In this document: positions 19,042 through 28,913 of the stretch, piece after piece
Layout: the number at the start of each line of letters is the position of its first letter
Position numbering within the stretch: the first letter of the stretch is position 1
Assembly (NCBI GenBank): GCA_020632075.1
Contig: JACKGH010000001.1
Location: forward strand, 793,778 to 857,777
From: Candidatus Nomurabacteria bacterium
GTDB taxonomy: Bacteria > Patescibacteriota > Minisyncoccia > Phycocordibacterales > UBA918
Direction of reading: 5' to 3'
Length of the DNA: 64,000 bases
Made by a program: the position numbers and the translations under genes
Notes under the pieces: model-generated
The model's input: only the letters and a program-made list of their open reading frames with translations
The model's database searches: none
What the model was told of the DNA's origin: nothing

Positions 19042-21003
19042 TTAGTCCAAATACACCGTTGTCTCGTACCCTGAATTGTGTCCCCTTCCCTCGGGCTCAG
19101 CTTGCTCGACGTGTTCGGTTGAAATGTCGTTGAGGAATTCTGACGGCACATTGACGCGTTGGCTGCCGAAGATGGTGCGCATGTGGGCGTAGGTGAGATA
19201 GACTTTTTTCTCAGCGCGCGTGAGGGCGACATAGAACAGTCGGCGTTCTTCTTCATTGTCGATTCGTCCATCATCGAGGCGCTCGTGCGGGAAGAGGCCT
19301 TGCTCGAGGCCGGTGATAAACACGTACGGGAATTCGAGTCCCTTTGAGGCATGAATGGTCATGAGACGCACGGCATTTTGCTCTTCCTTCTCTTTCATCT
19401 CGTCTTGATCACTCTGGAGCGCAGCGTTTTCGATGAATTGCTCCACTGCGTCTTCCGGTGCGAGGTCATCAAAGCGGCTCGCGAGGGTCACAAGTTCGCG
19501 GAGGTTTTCGATGCGTTCGAGTGCTTCTTCGGTTCCCTCCTCACGGTAGTGGTCTTCGATTCCACTTCGCTTCATGATGAATTTAATGGTTTCAGATAAG
19601 GTTTTTTCAGTGGCGCACTTGGCGATATCCATCATGATGTCGTCAAATATCTTTACCTTTGCGGCTGCGCCGGCGTTCAGCTCACCCCGCTTCCCCTCTA
19701 CCACCTTCAGCATGGTTACCTTGCCGATACCGCGGGCTGGTTCATTTATGATGCGGGTGAGGTCGGCGTTGCTGCCAGGATTCAGTGCAAGGCGGAGGTA
19801 CGACAGTACATCCTTCACTTCTTTTCGCTCGAAGAACTTGGTGCCTAAAAGCTGATATGGCACGTCATTATTAATGAATGCTTCTTCAAGTGAACGCGAC
19901 TGGAAGTTGGTGCGGTACAGCACGGCAATTGAAGCTGGATCAGCACCGTCAGCGATGAGTTCTTTGGCAGTCTGGGCAACATAGTCTGCTTCGCAGCTAC
20001 CGGTCATGCCGGCGTAGAGGGTGATCTTCTCTCCTTCGTGATTGTTGGTAAAGACGTTTTTGTCGACGCGGTTTTGGTTTTTCTTAATGATGTCGTTACT
20101 GGCCGCGATGATGGTCTGCGTACTGCGGTAATTTTCTTCTAGAAGAATAGTGTGGACGCGCGGGAAGTGGCGCTCGAATTGCAGCACATTCTTGATGTCG
20201 GCACCACGCCAGCTATAGATATTTTGGTCGATGTCCCCTACCACGCAGATGTTTTCTGCTTCGCCCACCAAGAGCTCTGCGATCTGCATCTGCACTTTGT
20301 TGGTGTCCTGAAACTCATCAATATGAATATATTTGTAGCGCTGCTGGAGGGTTTCGCGCACGTTCTTGTTTTCCTTTAACAGCTTAAGTGTTTTTGCTAA
20401 GAGATCATCAAAATCAAGTGCGTGTTCGGCGCGGAGGATCTCTTCGTAGTTCTCCCATACTTCCCCGGCCACTTGCTCAGGGTATGAGTTTGCCGCGTCT
20501 TTGAATTCCAGCACAGTCTTCGCGTCTCCCTTGGCACGGGAAATGATCGAGAGCATTTTGCGTGGTTCGAACTCCTTTGGGTTGTAGCCAGCCTTTTCCA
20601 GCGCTTGCTTCACGGCTTTCTGGCTGTCGCTCCGATCATAGATGGTGAAATGACGACGTAAATTAAGGCTTTCATGAAATTCGCGTAACAAGCGCACGCC
20701 GAGTGAGTGAAACGTGGTAACGACCGGATAGCTATCGATGACCGCTCGATCGGAAGGGAAATATTTCTTGGTGAGGTCCACCACGCGCTCGCGCATTTCC
20801 TTGGCAGCTTTGTTGGTGAAGGTTACTGCGAGGATGTTGTGCGGTGCGACGCCTTGGTGAATGATGTGGACGATGCGGTGAGTGATCACCCGTGTTTTGC
20901 CCGAACCAGCTCCGGCCAGGACCATCAACGGACCGTCGATATGTAAAACAGCTTCTTTTTGGGGGTCGTTAAGACCTTCGGTATAAGGAAGATTTTCAGA
21001 CAT
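19042..21003 (-). CDS. pcrA: ATP-dependent DNA helicase PcrA/UvrD
   Basis: GAGSGKTRVITHRIVHII (motif I), DEFQDTN (motif II), about 650 aa. Confidence 0.9.
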   Translation of the reverse strand: MSENLPYTEGLNDPQKEAVLHIDGPLMVLAGAGSGKTRVITHRIVHIIHQGVAPHNILAVTFTNKAAKEMRERVVDLTKKYFPSDRAVIDSYPVVTTFHSLGVRLLREFHESLNLRRHFTIYDRSDSQKAVKQALEKAGYNPKEFEPRKMLSIISRAKGDAKTVLEFKDAANSYPEQVAGEVWENYEEILRAEHALDFDDLLAKTLKLLKENKNVRETLQQRYKYIHIDEFQDTNKVQMQIAELLVGEAENICVVGDIDQNIYSWRGADIKNVLQFERHFPRVHTILLEENYRSTQTIIAASNDIIKKNQNRVDKNVFTNNHEGEKITLYAGMTGSCEADYVAQTAKELIADGADPASIAVLYRTNFQSRSLEEAFINNDVPYQLLGTKFFERKEVKDVLSYLRLALNPGSNADLTRIINEPARGIGKVTMLKVVEGKRGELNAGAAAKVKIFDDIMMDIAKCATEKTLSETIKFIMKRSGIEDHYREEGTEEALERIENLRELVTLASRFDDLAPEDAVEQFIENAALQSDQDEMKEKEEQNAVRLMTIHASKGLEFPYVFITGLEQGLFPHERLDDGRIDNEEERRLFYVALTRAEKKVYLTYAHMRTIFGSQRVNVPSEFLNDISTEHVEQAEPEGRGHNSGYETTVYLD

Positions 21004-21091
21004 GTCGGGACATGATAACACAGACTACCGTGAGCACTTCAGATACAAAAACAGACCCTTCAAAACGAGTTAGGGTCTGTCGATTGTGATT

Positions 21092-21526
21092 TTAAGGGGC
21101 TGTATGTGTGATCCAGAGTCGGATCGTTTTCTTGAGTCCGTAGTGACTCACGTCGTGAGCAAATGCGGAGTCAAAGTACACGCCGACAGCTCTTGCACCA
21201 AAGACGATGATCGCTGCGATCGGACCAAGTCCGATACAGAACAGAAGCATGACGGCTGTGAATTGCCAGAATGGACCGAGGTCGAGCAGGATCCAGCGAG
21301 TGATGAAGTCGAGTTGCAGTTTCGATGGAACTGCTTTGGCAACGATCGGGACCATCCCTACCCAGCCGACGAAGGTCAACTGCAGTGCTTTGAAGAAACC
21401 TAGTCTTCCGTCAGCTTCCCTCAGGACGGAAGTGTGCAGGTATGTAAACGCGATCAATGCGGCGCTGATCCACCACCAGGAAGTTATGAGCGAAAGATAT
21501 GACACTAGGAATTGTTCCATGACCAT
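21092..21526 (-). CDS. Small 4-TM membrane protein downstream of the ABC exporter
   Basis: MVMEQFLVSYLSLITSWWWISAALIAF... Start reassigned past the non-credible N-terminal extension. Confidence 0.5.
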   Translation of the reverse strand: MVMEQFLVSYLSLITSWWWISAALIAFTYLHTSVLREADGRLGFFKALQLTFVGWVGMVPIVAKAVPSKLQLDFITRWILLDLGPFWQFTAVMLLFCIGLGPIAAIIVFGARAVGVYFDSAFAHDVSHYGLKKTIRLWITHTAP

Positions 21527-21634
21527 CTCCGTATCGTGAACTGTACCGTATGTACTGTAGCATTGAGGTGGTTTTTGGCCAATGAATAAGAAAAGGCGCG
21601 GTCCATGAAATGGACCGCGCCTTACTACCACTTT

Positions 21635-22417
21635 CTACAACGAGATACCCTGCAGGTCAGCCATAGGTCTGAATTCGGGTAAGTACTCATAGAGCTCACC
21701 AAGTGAATCACAGACTGCAGCTACCTGCGGAGTATTGTTGTCGCAGTCGCTCGCTTTGCGTAGGTACGCGAATCGGTTACAACCGCGCAGAGTAGAAAGT
21801 CGATGAGTGACCACCACCGCAGACATTCCTTTGTCCAAGGCTTGGTCGATGCCGCGTTGCACAATGATCTCCGTTTCGGAGTCGAGAGCGGACGTGGCCT
21901 CATCGATCAAATAGAGTCTCTTCTGAAACTGCGGGTGCTCGATCAGTGAACGGGCGACACAGAGTCGCTGGCGTTCACCACCTGAGAGCCGCAAGCCCTG
22001 CTTGCCGACGCGGGTGTCGAGTCCGTCTTCCCTAAATAAAGTGCGGAAGCTTGGACTGACCGCGTCGAGCACGTCCCAGACCGCGTCGTCAGTGACGCCA
22101 TCGATCCGCGACAGGCCGTGCAAGATATTCTCTCGCACAGTCCCCGTCAGGACCTGTGTCGTCTGCGGAATGCCACCGATGTACGGTAGTACACTACGTA
22201 GGCTGAACCCGCGTAGGTCTTGTCCGTCGAGTAACACCTCGCCCGCTGTGGGGTCGAGGTCGCGACGGAGCAGACTAATAATGGTGCTTTTCCCTGCACC
22301 ACTACTGCCGACCAGTCCCAATCGACAACCAGGTGGTAGGTCGATCGAGACATTCTTCAATATCACTGCTCCATTATGAGCAAGCGTGACATTATTCAAC
22401 CTCATGTGCATGTGCAC
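21635..22417 (-). CDS. ABC transporter ATP-binding domain (exporter-type NBD); probably the 3' part of a frameshifted TMD-NBD gene
   Basis: Walker A GSSGAGKST, signature LSGGERQRL, Walker B LYLIDEATSALD. The 5' end overlaps the TMD ORF at a CACATGCACATG run. Confidence 0.85.
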   Translation of the reverse strand: MHMHMRLNNVTLAHNGAVILKNVSIDLPPGCRLGLVGSSGAGKSTIISLLRRDLDPTAGEVLLDGQDLRGFSLRSVLPYIGGIPQTTQVLTGTVRENILHGLSRIDGVTDDAVWDVLDAVSPSFRTLFREDGLDTRVGKQGLRLSGGERQRLCVARSLIEHPQFQKRLYLIDEATSALDSETEIIVQRGIDQALDKGMSAVVVTHRLSTLRGCNRFAYLRKASDCDNNTPQVAAVCDSLGELYEYLPEFRPMADLQGISL

Positions 22418-23468
22418 CTCCGATAGTTGGTTGGTAGATAATACCTTTGTTTCGATCGAAGCCAGGCGGTTTGGTGAGTGCGGTGCGGATCGCTTTGATA
22501 CGAGTTGTGTATTCAGTGAGGTGGCGCATGATCGTGCCGATCACACTGAATCGTTCCCCGACCATAGCGGTCCAGACACCCATCGCAGCAAAGTCGCCAG
22601 GGCTCCACGCAGCTATCACGACACCGTAGACGAATATCAGCACAAAGCTGGTGATGTTCACCAAGCTTCGTCTGACATCGAGCCAGATGAACCAGTCGGC
22701 CCAAACGGCACGGTCTGCATCGAGTACGGCTCGCAAGTCGGTGTCGACGTGGTCGCAGACACGGTCTTCAACTCCCGCTGTTTTGGTGGTCTGGAATTGT
22801 GTCCAGTACTCAGCCATGCGGTTGCTGACCTGTCGGAACCCTTTGTCAACCGGCTTCATTTTCATATCGATGGTTTCGTTGTGATACAAAAACCAGACGA
22901 TGTTGAAACTGAGTAAGAGCAACATGAGTAGCGCCGCGATACTATCGATCAGTATCATGAGTACGATACTAATGACGATAGTGACGACCGACGGGGCAAA
23001 GTTGAAGAGCAGCAAGTGCAGCAGACTGTCGATGCGGTTTTGGGCCGCTTCGATCTGCTCTGGTCCGATGTCACTGTCCTCTGAGTTGAGTTCGGCAGTG
23101 GTCCGTTCAAAGAACAGCCGGTTTAGTCGACTTCGTACATGGAAGTGATTGTCGTTCCAGGCGAGCTCTCGTTCGTAGGCTTGCCAAGCGATCAGAAATC
23201 GGGACACATAGTGTAGCCCTCCTACTCCGATGAGTACCCACCACAGTGCAGCGATGCGGTCGCCAGCGGCGAGCGCATCAACTGCTTCTTTAGTGGCGTA
23301 GGCCCCGGCCAGCATGACCAGGGTTGAGATGAGCAACAGTCCAACCGACCGAACAGATCGACTGCGACCAGAAGGGCTGAGTAGTTCGAGCCAGATCCAC
23401 CGAATCGTATCGATGGAATCGAGCAAGACCTCCCTGCTCGTTTTCATCTTGGTGAGCAATGGTCTCAT
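22392..23468 (-). CDS. ABC exporter transmembrane domain (6 TM)
   Basis: MsbA-like TMD translation. AGGGAG sits 7 nt upstream of MRPLLTK. The ORF ends 26 nt inside the NBD ORF in a different frame. Confidence 0.75.
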   Translation of the reverse strand: MRPLLTKMKTSREVLLDSIDTIRWIWLELLSPSGRSRSVRSVGLLLISTLVMLAGAYATKEAVDALAAGDRIAALWWVLIGVGGLHYVSRFLIAWQAYERELAWNDNHFHVRSRLNRLFFERTTAELNSEDSDIGPEQIEAAQNRIDSLLHLLLFNFAPSVVTIVISIVLMILIDSIAALLMLLLLSFNIVWFLYHNETIDMKMKPVDKGFRQVSNRMAEYWTQFQTTKTAGVEDRVCDHVDTDLRAVLDADRAVWADWFIWLDVRRSLVNITSFVLIFVYGVVIAAWSPGDFAAMGVWTAMVGERFSVIGTIMRHLTEYTTRIKAIRTALTKPPGFDRNKGIIYQPTIGGAHAHEVE

Positions 23469-24062
23469 TGAGATCTCCCTATTTGTGGTTGTGAAAGAAC
23501 TTGTAGGTGTTGTACCTACAAAAGAAATTCGCGGCTTGCACCTAGGCAAGCTGCTTAGAGGAAATAATTCCTTGGGTGGAGTTACGTCATCAAACCAGAT
23601 TGCCTACAAAGTAGAGACACGTATGAGAGCCCAGACATTTCTGGGTTCTGTCGCTTGGCAGCGGTAGCAAAAAGCCACTGCTTGGCAGCGATACGTGTCT
23701 TCACAATGTGTGCATTTGTTTGCATTGGAAAAACTTTACCACCTTCAAAAAAAATGTCAATATCAAAAGTACGGCCTATTTACTAGCTGTGACGGCGGAT
23801 GTGGTAGTCTGCTGAAAAAGTGTATTTCGTCAATTGCGATGTTAATAGGCTTTAGTAGAATATCCCTCGTACAACTTCATCGATACAGAGCGTACATAAT
23901 AATTATGTATCGATGTTCCAAGCACGGATGTAGCGATCGAAACGGCGGCGAGTCCATAAGTAAACGCATATTAAATCCCACACAACAGAATCGGATGATA
24001 CAGCTGGTATATCCGCAAAGCAGACCATCTTTGGAAAGAAGTTCTCTACCCCAGCTCGGGTA

Positions 24063-25055
24063 TTGAGTGAAGTCGTGTTTCTAAGCCTCGTGATCGCTGT
24101 ACCCCTCTCGGTACAAGCTGGCTTTTTCTCTAAATTATTCGGTGAACCTGCAGAAGCAGCTCCAGCAGTGACTGCACCTACGGTGTCGGCTTCTGATGTT
24201 CCGTTGCTTGCTGCCCTGCAAAACCCCAACCCCCTTGGGGCGCGTGGTGGTGCTGAGATCTTGGTTGATGAGAATGTGCTCGTTTCAACTGGTCCGGTTG
24301 GAGAAGATGAGATTGCAGAACAGAAGAACGGCATGGGCGAGATCCGTGTGTACACCGTGCGTGAGGGGGATTCACTCTCACAGATCGCGGAGATGTTCGG
24401 AGTGACCACTAATACCATCATGTGGGCCAATGATATTTCTAAAGCCAGCTCAATTCAGCCTGGTGACACGCTGGTAATCTTGCCGATCGTTGGTGTGCGA
24501 CACGTTGTGAAGAGTGGTGATACGATCGGTTCTATTGCGAAGAAATACGAAGGAGATGTCGATGAGATCCTTTCATACAACCAACTTGCGTCGGCTGAAG
24601 AGCTATCTGTTGGAGATACCCTCATTATTCCGGGCGGTGCGATGCATGCTGCACCAGTACGCGCGTCAGCGGCTTCTCCAGTGCGTGTCTCTGGCGGCGG
24701 TTCCGCATCTTCTGCTGGCTTCTCTCACCCAGTACCGGGAGCAGTAAAAACGCAGGGTATTCACGGATATAACGCTGTCGACCTGGCAGCTGGATACGGT
24801 ACACCGATCCGTGCTGCGGCAGCTGGTGAGGTGATCGTTTCAAAGAGTTCAGGCTGGAATGGTGGATATGGTCAGTATGTGGTGATCCGTCATGCTAATG
24901 GTGCACAAACACTCTACGCTCACATGATGCGTAATGATGTAGGGGTTGGTGCGTGGGTTTCACAAGGTGAGGTGATCGGTGGTATGGGGTCGACTGGAAA
25001 GTCTACCGGGACCCACCTTCACTTCGAGGTTCGTGGCGCAAGTAACCCATTCTAG
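24063..25055 (+). CDS. Secreted LysM-domain M23 family peptidase (peptidoglycan endopeptidase)
   Basis: Signal peptide, two LysM repeats (YTVREGDSLSQIAEMFGV..., HVVKSGDTIGSIAKKYEG...), M23 motifs HxxxD and GSTGKSTGTHLHFEVR. Confidence 0.85.
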   Translation: MSEVVFLSLVIAVPLSVQAGFFSKLFGEPAEAAPAVTAPTVSASDVPLLAALQNPNPLGARGGAEILVDENVLVSTGPVGEDEIAEQKNGMGEIRVYTVREGDSLSQIAEMFGVTTNTIMWANDISKASSIQPGDTLVILPIVGVRHVVKSGDTIGSIAKKYEGDVDEILSYNQLASAEELSVGDTLIIPGGAMHAAPVRASAASPVRVSGGGSASSAGFSHPVPGAVKTQGIHGYNAVDLAAGYGTPIRAAAAGEVIVSKSSGWNGGYGQYVVIRHANGAQTLYAHMMRNDVGVGAWVSQGEVIGGMGSTGKSTGTHLHFEVRGASNPF

Positions 25056-25062
25056 TGATAAT

Positions 25063-25095
25063 AAAGAAAAGGCGGGCGCGAAGCGCCCGCCTTTT
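25063..25095. terminator. Hairpin aaaaggcgggcgcgaagcgcccgccttttt
   Basis: Perfect GC stem, T-run; bidirectional. Confidence 0.6.
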
Positions 25096-25099
25096 TCTG

Positions 25100-26614
25100 T
25101 TACAAACTCACCCGATACTGCAACGCCTCAAGCACATGCGGTACTTCGATCTCTTCCTTTTGGTCTAGATCGGCAATGGTACGTGCGACTTTAATAAGTC
25201 GGTGGTAGCTGCGCGGGGAGAGATTGAGTTTCTCACTTGAGAGCTTGAGGAGATCGGTCACCTCTTCGGTAAGAGTAATGTAGTTTTCGATATCTCTCGC
25301 AGTCATGCCGGAGTTGGTATTGGTCTTGGTTTGTACAAAGCGACCGGTCTGAGACTGCCGGGCGGTCATGATCTGTTCCCTTGCTCGGTCTGTCTCGCCC
25401 TCGTTTTTCTTAAGTGTGGTCAATGTCTCGTAGGGGACGTGTGGCACCTCCACCCAGAGGTCGATACGATCGAGAATCGGGCCAGAGACTTTGTTTTTGT
25501 AGGTCTCACTCATCGCGCGCGCGAGGTCAGTGGTGCCGTCTTCGCTCCCGCGGTATGGATTGAGTGCAGCAATAAGTATGAAGTCAGCTGGAAATTCTGC
25601 ACTCCCTTGCACACGTGAGATACTTACCACTCGGTCTTCAAGTGGTTGCCGTAGCGCATCAAGTGAGCGGCGGTCAAACTCAGGGAATTCATCCATGAAA
25701 AGAACGCCATGATGAGCCAAGGTGATCTCACCTGGTTTTGGGTGTGCTCCACCACCGACCAGGCTGGTGTGGCTCGCGGTGTGATGTGGTGAGCGAAAAG
25801 GTGGCCTGGTACTGATCGTGAAGTCATTTGTGGCGATCGAATGGATCGCGGTCACTGCGAGCGCTTCTTCGCGTGAGAGCGGCGGCAGGAGTGAGCGGAG
25901 TGCCCGAGCGAGCATCGTCTTTCCGGTGCCAGGCGGTCCGACTAGCATGACATTATGTCGCCCTGCCGCCGCGATAGTGAGTGCTCGCTTGGCACTCTCT
26001 TGCCCTTTAATATCTTCTAAACTCACACTGCTCTCGTACCAACCATCCTCGATCATGGTCTCTGGTTGGGTCGGTAAGTTGAAATCAAATTGTTCAGTCG
26101 GAGCAATATGTTCTATTACTTCTCGCAGGTTGTGTGCCGGTCGCACAACGATCCCATCAATGAGCGCAGCTTCCGTTGCGTTCTCAGTCGGTACGATGAT
26201 CTCTGCAAAGCCAGCATCGCGTGCGGCAGCAACGGCATTGAGTACACCGCGCACTCGACGCAAGGTGCCGTCAAGTCCAAGCTCTCCCACATACGCCCGC
26301 CGCACACAGTCTTCAGTTATTTCCTCAGCAGCCAATAGATATGCAATGGCGATCGGCAAGTCAAACAGTGGACCCTCTTTCTTAAGGTCTGCGGGCGAAA
26401 GTGAGATCACGATCTTCTGATTCTTCGTCTTGGGTGATGGGTAGTCTGAATGTTTGATAGCACTTCCTACTCGGTCCTTTGCCTCATCGATCGCTTTGCC
26501 AGCCAGGCCAACGATAGAAAAAGAATGAAGACCGCGGGAGATATCAGCTTCAATGGTTACAACCGTCCCTCGCAGCACGTCTGGCTGCACGGTGTGCACT
26601 TGTGCAATGGCCAT
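25100..26614 (-). CDS. comM: Mg-chelatase-like AAA+ protein YifB/ComM family
   Basis: 504 aa. N-terminal Lon-like domain (MAIAQVHTV...), Walker A LVGPPGTGKTMLA. Confidence 0.85.
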   Translation of the reverse strand: MAIAQVHTVQPDVLRGTVVTIEADISRGLHSFSIVGLAGKAIDEAKDRVGSAIKHSDYPSPKTKNQKIVISLSPADLKKEGPLFDLPIAIAYLLAAEEITEDCVRRAYVGELGLDGTLRRVRGVLNAVAAARDAGFAEIIVPTENATEAALIDGIVVRPAHNLREVIEHIAPTEQFDFNLPTQPETMIEDGWYESSVSLEDIKGQESAKRALTIAAAGRHNVMLVGPPGTGKTMLARALRSLLPPLSREEALAVTAIHSIATNDFTISTRPPFRSPHHTASHTSLVGGGAHPKPGEITLAHHGVLFMDEFPEFDRRSLDALRQPLEDRVVSISRVQGSAEFPADFILIAALNPYRGSEDGTTDLARAMSETYKNKVSGPILDRIDLWVEVPHVPYETLTTLKKNEGETDRAREQIMTARQSQTGRFVQTKTNTNSGMTARDIENYITLTEEVTDLLKLSSEKLNLSPRSYHRLIKVARTIADLDQKEEIEVPHVLEALQYRVSL

Positions 26615-26616
26615 GG

Positions 26617-26988
26617 TTAGATCGGCAACTCAGATTCTCGGTCAATATTGGCAATGTTGGTACGCGCTGCTGGGTTGGCATTGAGTCTTGCTTCTTCGAT
26701 CGGTTCCCCGCTGATCTCACAAATACCATACGTGTCAGTAGCAAATTTTTCTAATGCTCGGGTGATATTGCGATAGCGCGTTTCGAGTTGAGTGAGGAGT
26801 GCGCGATTGGTGTCCCAGTCTTCAGTGGTGTCGGCGACTACATTTTCGTCAGCGTTTCCAATCTCTACCGGGTCGATCCTGGCTACCCAGTCGCCAGTGT
26901 CTGGGTTTTGGGCAGCGATGGTGTTGAGCTCAGTAATAACCTGATCAAGTTCAGTCTCTAGGCGAGTCTTCAATGCTTCGTGTGACAT
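26617..26988 (-). CDS. DksA/TraR-family protein lacking the Cys4 zinc finger
   Basis: C-terminal ...DTYGICEISGEPIEEARLNANPAARTNIAN matches the DksA C-terminal motif with the metal-binding cysteines replaced. Confidence 0.5.
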   Translation of the reverse strand: MSHEALKTRLETELDQVITELNTIAAQNPDTGDWVARIDPVEIGNADENVVADTTEDWDTNRALLTQLETRYRNITRALEKFATDTYGICEISGEPIEEARLNANPAARTNIANIDRESELPI

Positions 26989-27003
26989 ATAGAGCAGTAT
27001 ACC

Positions 27004-28866
27004 CTACTGTCCAAATCCACGTTCTAAGATCTGGGTAAAGTCGGTGAGGCTATTAGCGATCACTACAGTGTTGCTGCCGACTATACCGTAGATGAGAATG
27101 GTTTTACCTTCAACTCGCAGTGTTCGCACATCAATTCCAGAAACAGTCTCGTCGACAAACGAAGTGTCAGTAGAGGCTGGAGTACCGTAGAGTGGCTGTA
27201 GATCTTCAGTCATGGTCTCTTCCCACTGTAGCAAGCCACCCATAACAGTGTCTTCGTCAACGAACTGGAAGACGATAGCTGGCTTTGCGTGGTTCAGTGA
27301 CACAAATCGAACGGCAGTGATTGATTGATTGAGGTTTGGTAGTGTACGGAAATCAAGTACATCAAACAGATAGTCAGCGGAAAGCTCGTCACCCATTGGA
27401 GAGACAATTGGAAGCTCGACTAAGCCAGCTGGTCCAGTAGCAACAGCATCATTGAGAACTTCGGTAAGTTGTAATGCACTGCTCGCTTGGATCGTGACGG
27501 GGGTCAGGGTGGCAGTGTCAACGAGAGATTCCGTAACTCGTTCAGGAACAGTGTCGTTCGCAAGGTTTGTAAGCTGCACGTATATAATGCGACCAACGAA
27601 AATGATAATGAGAAGTCCAACGACACTAAGGAGGAGTAACAAGGTGAGAGTATTTGTGTCAAATCGGTTGAGTAGTCCGGTTTGTTCTGGAGCTCGTCTT
27701 TCGAAGACGGCTTCCTCTTCTTCTGTTTCGAATGCCTCCTCAGGCAATTCTTCAAGTGACAAGTCTTCTGAGGGTTCTTCGATCGGTTCAGGTAGTGGTT
27801 CGTAGTCAGTAGATGGTTCAATGATCTTTGGCTCAGGGATCACTTCTGATTCAGCTTCAGGTTCAGGTTTTTTATCCTCATCAATTTCCCAACGTGATTC
27901 AACGATGCTTGGGTCAGGTTTTGGCTCTTCTACAGGTGCTTTTGTTGGTTCAGGGATCACTGGTCTGGTCGGTTCGGTGAACGTGATCTCAGGAGTAGCG
28001 GGGTGGTGTTTTTTCTTGAACGCCACCTGTACATTGATGGTCGAATCAGGAGCTCCCACCTCTCCTTCTGGGGCTTCAAGCAGATTGTATCCGGTTTCGG
28101 TGTATGGAGACCAAGATGTCTCGCTATCCTCATCTTCTTGTTCTTGCAGTCGTCGACGTCGGATATGTTCCTTCAGTGTTTCATTGTCAGCGGTAAAGAT
28201 CGTGCCGGTCTTTGAGGTGGCTCGCTGAATAACACCCTTGCGACGTTCCGTTTCAGGTACGACATATTTCGGTGTTTTTTTGCGCTTATGACTTTTAGCT
28301 AAGTTCTTGAACCAGTTTGAAATTGAAGCGCCAACTGATCCGAAAAAGTTGAATCGATGACTCTTGGTGTCTGTAATCACTGTGGCGTCAAAACCAATAT
28401 TTGGCCGTGCGGAATGTTTGTTCTTTTTACTTTTCTTGCTGTGTGATTTTGATTTTATCGCATCCTCCTCGTCAGCAACGATATGTGTTTTAACTGTTTT
28501 ATTCTGCTTCTGGAGCTCATGGAAGGAAGGGATCTTAGTTGGTGGTTTTGGGGGAACGGCTTTCGTTGGAGTGCTTATTGGCATTGCAACATGGTCGTCT
28601 CCAGTTTTTTTGCTTTGTAGTTCTGACTTGAGTGTTGGAGCGACTTCGTCATCCATCTTGTCGAGGTGTTCCTGTATGTGCGCTTGAACAGGATGATGCT
28701 TCGGAGCAACGGCTTTATGTTCCCCGGTGTCTTTCTTCGGCACTGGCGGCTCTGGTTCTTTTTCCTCTTTCTTTGGCGTAGCCTCACCACGCTGTACTTT
28801 GACAGCTTCGATATCGCTCGCAAATGTGCGGAATTTAGAAATGACCTTGTGTGGTTCGTCACTCAT
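27004..28866 (-). CDS. Large Pro/Glu/Lys-rich low-complexity protein with a central TM helix, unknown function
   Basis: 620 aa. LTLLLLLSVVGLLIIIFVGRIIYV in the middle, C-terminal globular domain. Confidence 0.65.
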   Translation of the reverse strand: MSDEPHKVISKFRTFASDIEAVKVQRGEATPKKEEKEPEPPVPKKDTGEHKAVAPKHHPVQAHIQEHLDKMDDEVAPTLKSELQSKKTGDDHVAMPISTPTKAVPPKPPTKIPSFHELQKQNKTVKTHIVADEEDAIKSKSHSKKSKKNKHSARPNIGFDATVITDTKSHRFNFFGSVGASISNWFKNLAKSHKRKKTPKYVVPETERRKGVIQRATSKTGTIFTADNETLKEHIRRRRLQEQEDEDSETSWSPYTETGYNLLEAPEGEVGAPDSTINVQVAFKKKHHPATPEITFTEPTRPVIPEPTKAPVEEPKPDPSIVESRWEIDEDKKPEPEAESEVIPEPKIIEPSTDYEPLPEPIEEPSEDLSLEELPEEAFETEEEEAVFERRAPEQTGLLNRFDTNTLTLLLLLSVVGLLIIIFVGRIIYVQLTNLANDTVPERVTESLVDTATLTPVTIQASSALQLTEVLNDAVATGPAGLVELPIVSPMGDELSADYLFDVLDFRTLPNLNQSITAVRFVSLNHAKPAIVFQFVDEDTVMGGLLQWEETMTEDLQPLYGTPASTDTSFVDETVSGIDVRTLRVEGKTILIYGIVGSNTVVIANSLTDFTQILERGFGQ

Positions 28867-28913
28867 TGTTTCTAGTATCGCACGGATTCGGTCCTAAAAG
28901 GAGAGTTTTTCAA

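Noticed and set aside
23469-24060. Fluoride or other riboswitch upstream of the ABC exporter
   Set aside because: Only a partial resemblance (TGATGAC...CTCC) to the crcB motif, and the upstream GGNGATGG half is missing. Not supportable without cmscan.
23903-24430. 175-aa minus ORF overlapping the LysM-M23 gene
   Set aside because: Antisense shadow. The plus-strand protein has signal peptide, LysM and M23 motifs.
25818-26420. 200-aa plus-strand ORF antisense to comM
   Set aside because: comM on the minus strand has unambiguous AAA+ motifs. The antisense translation is low-complexity S/A/R-rich.
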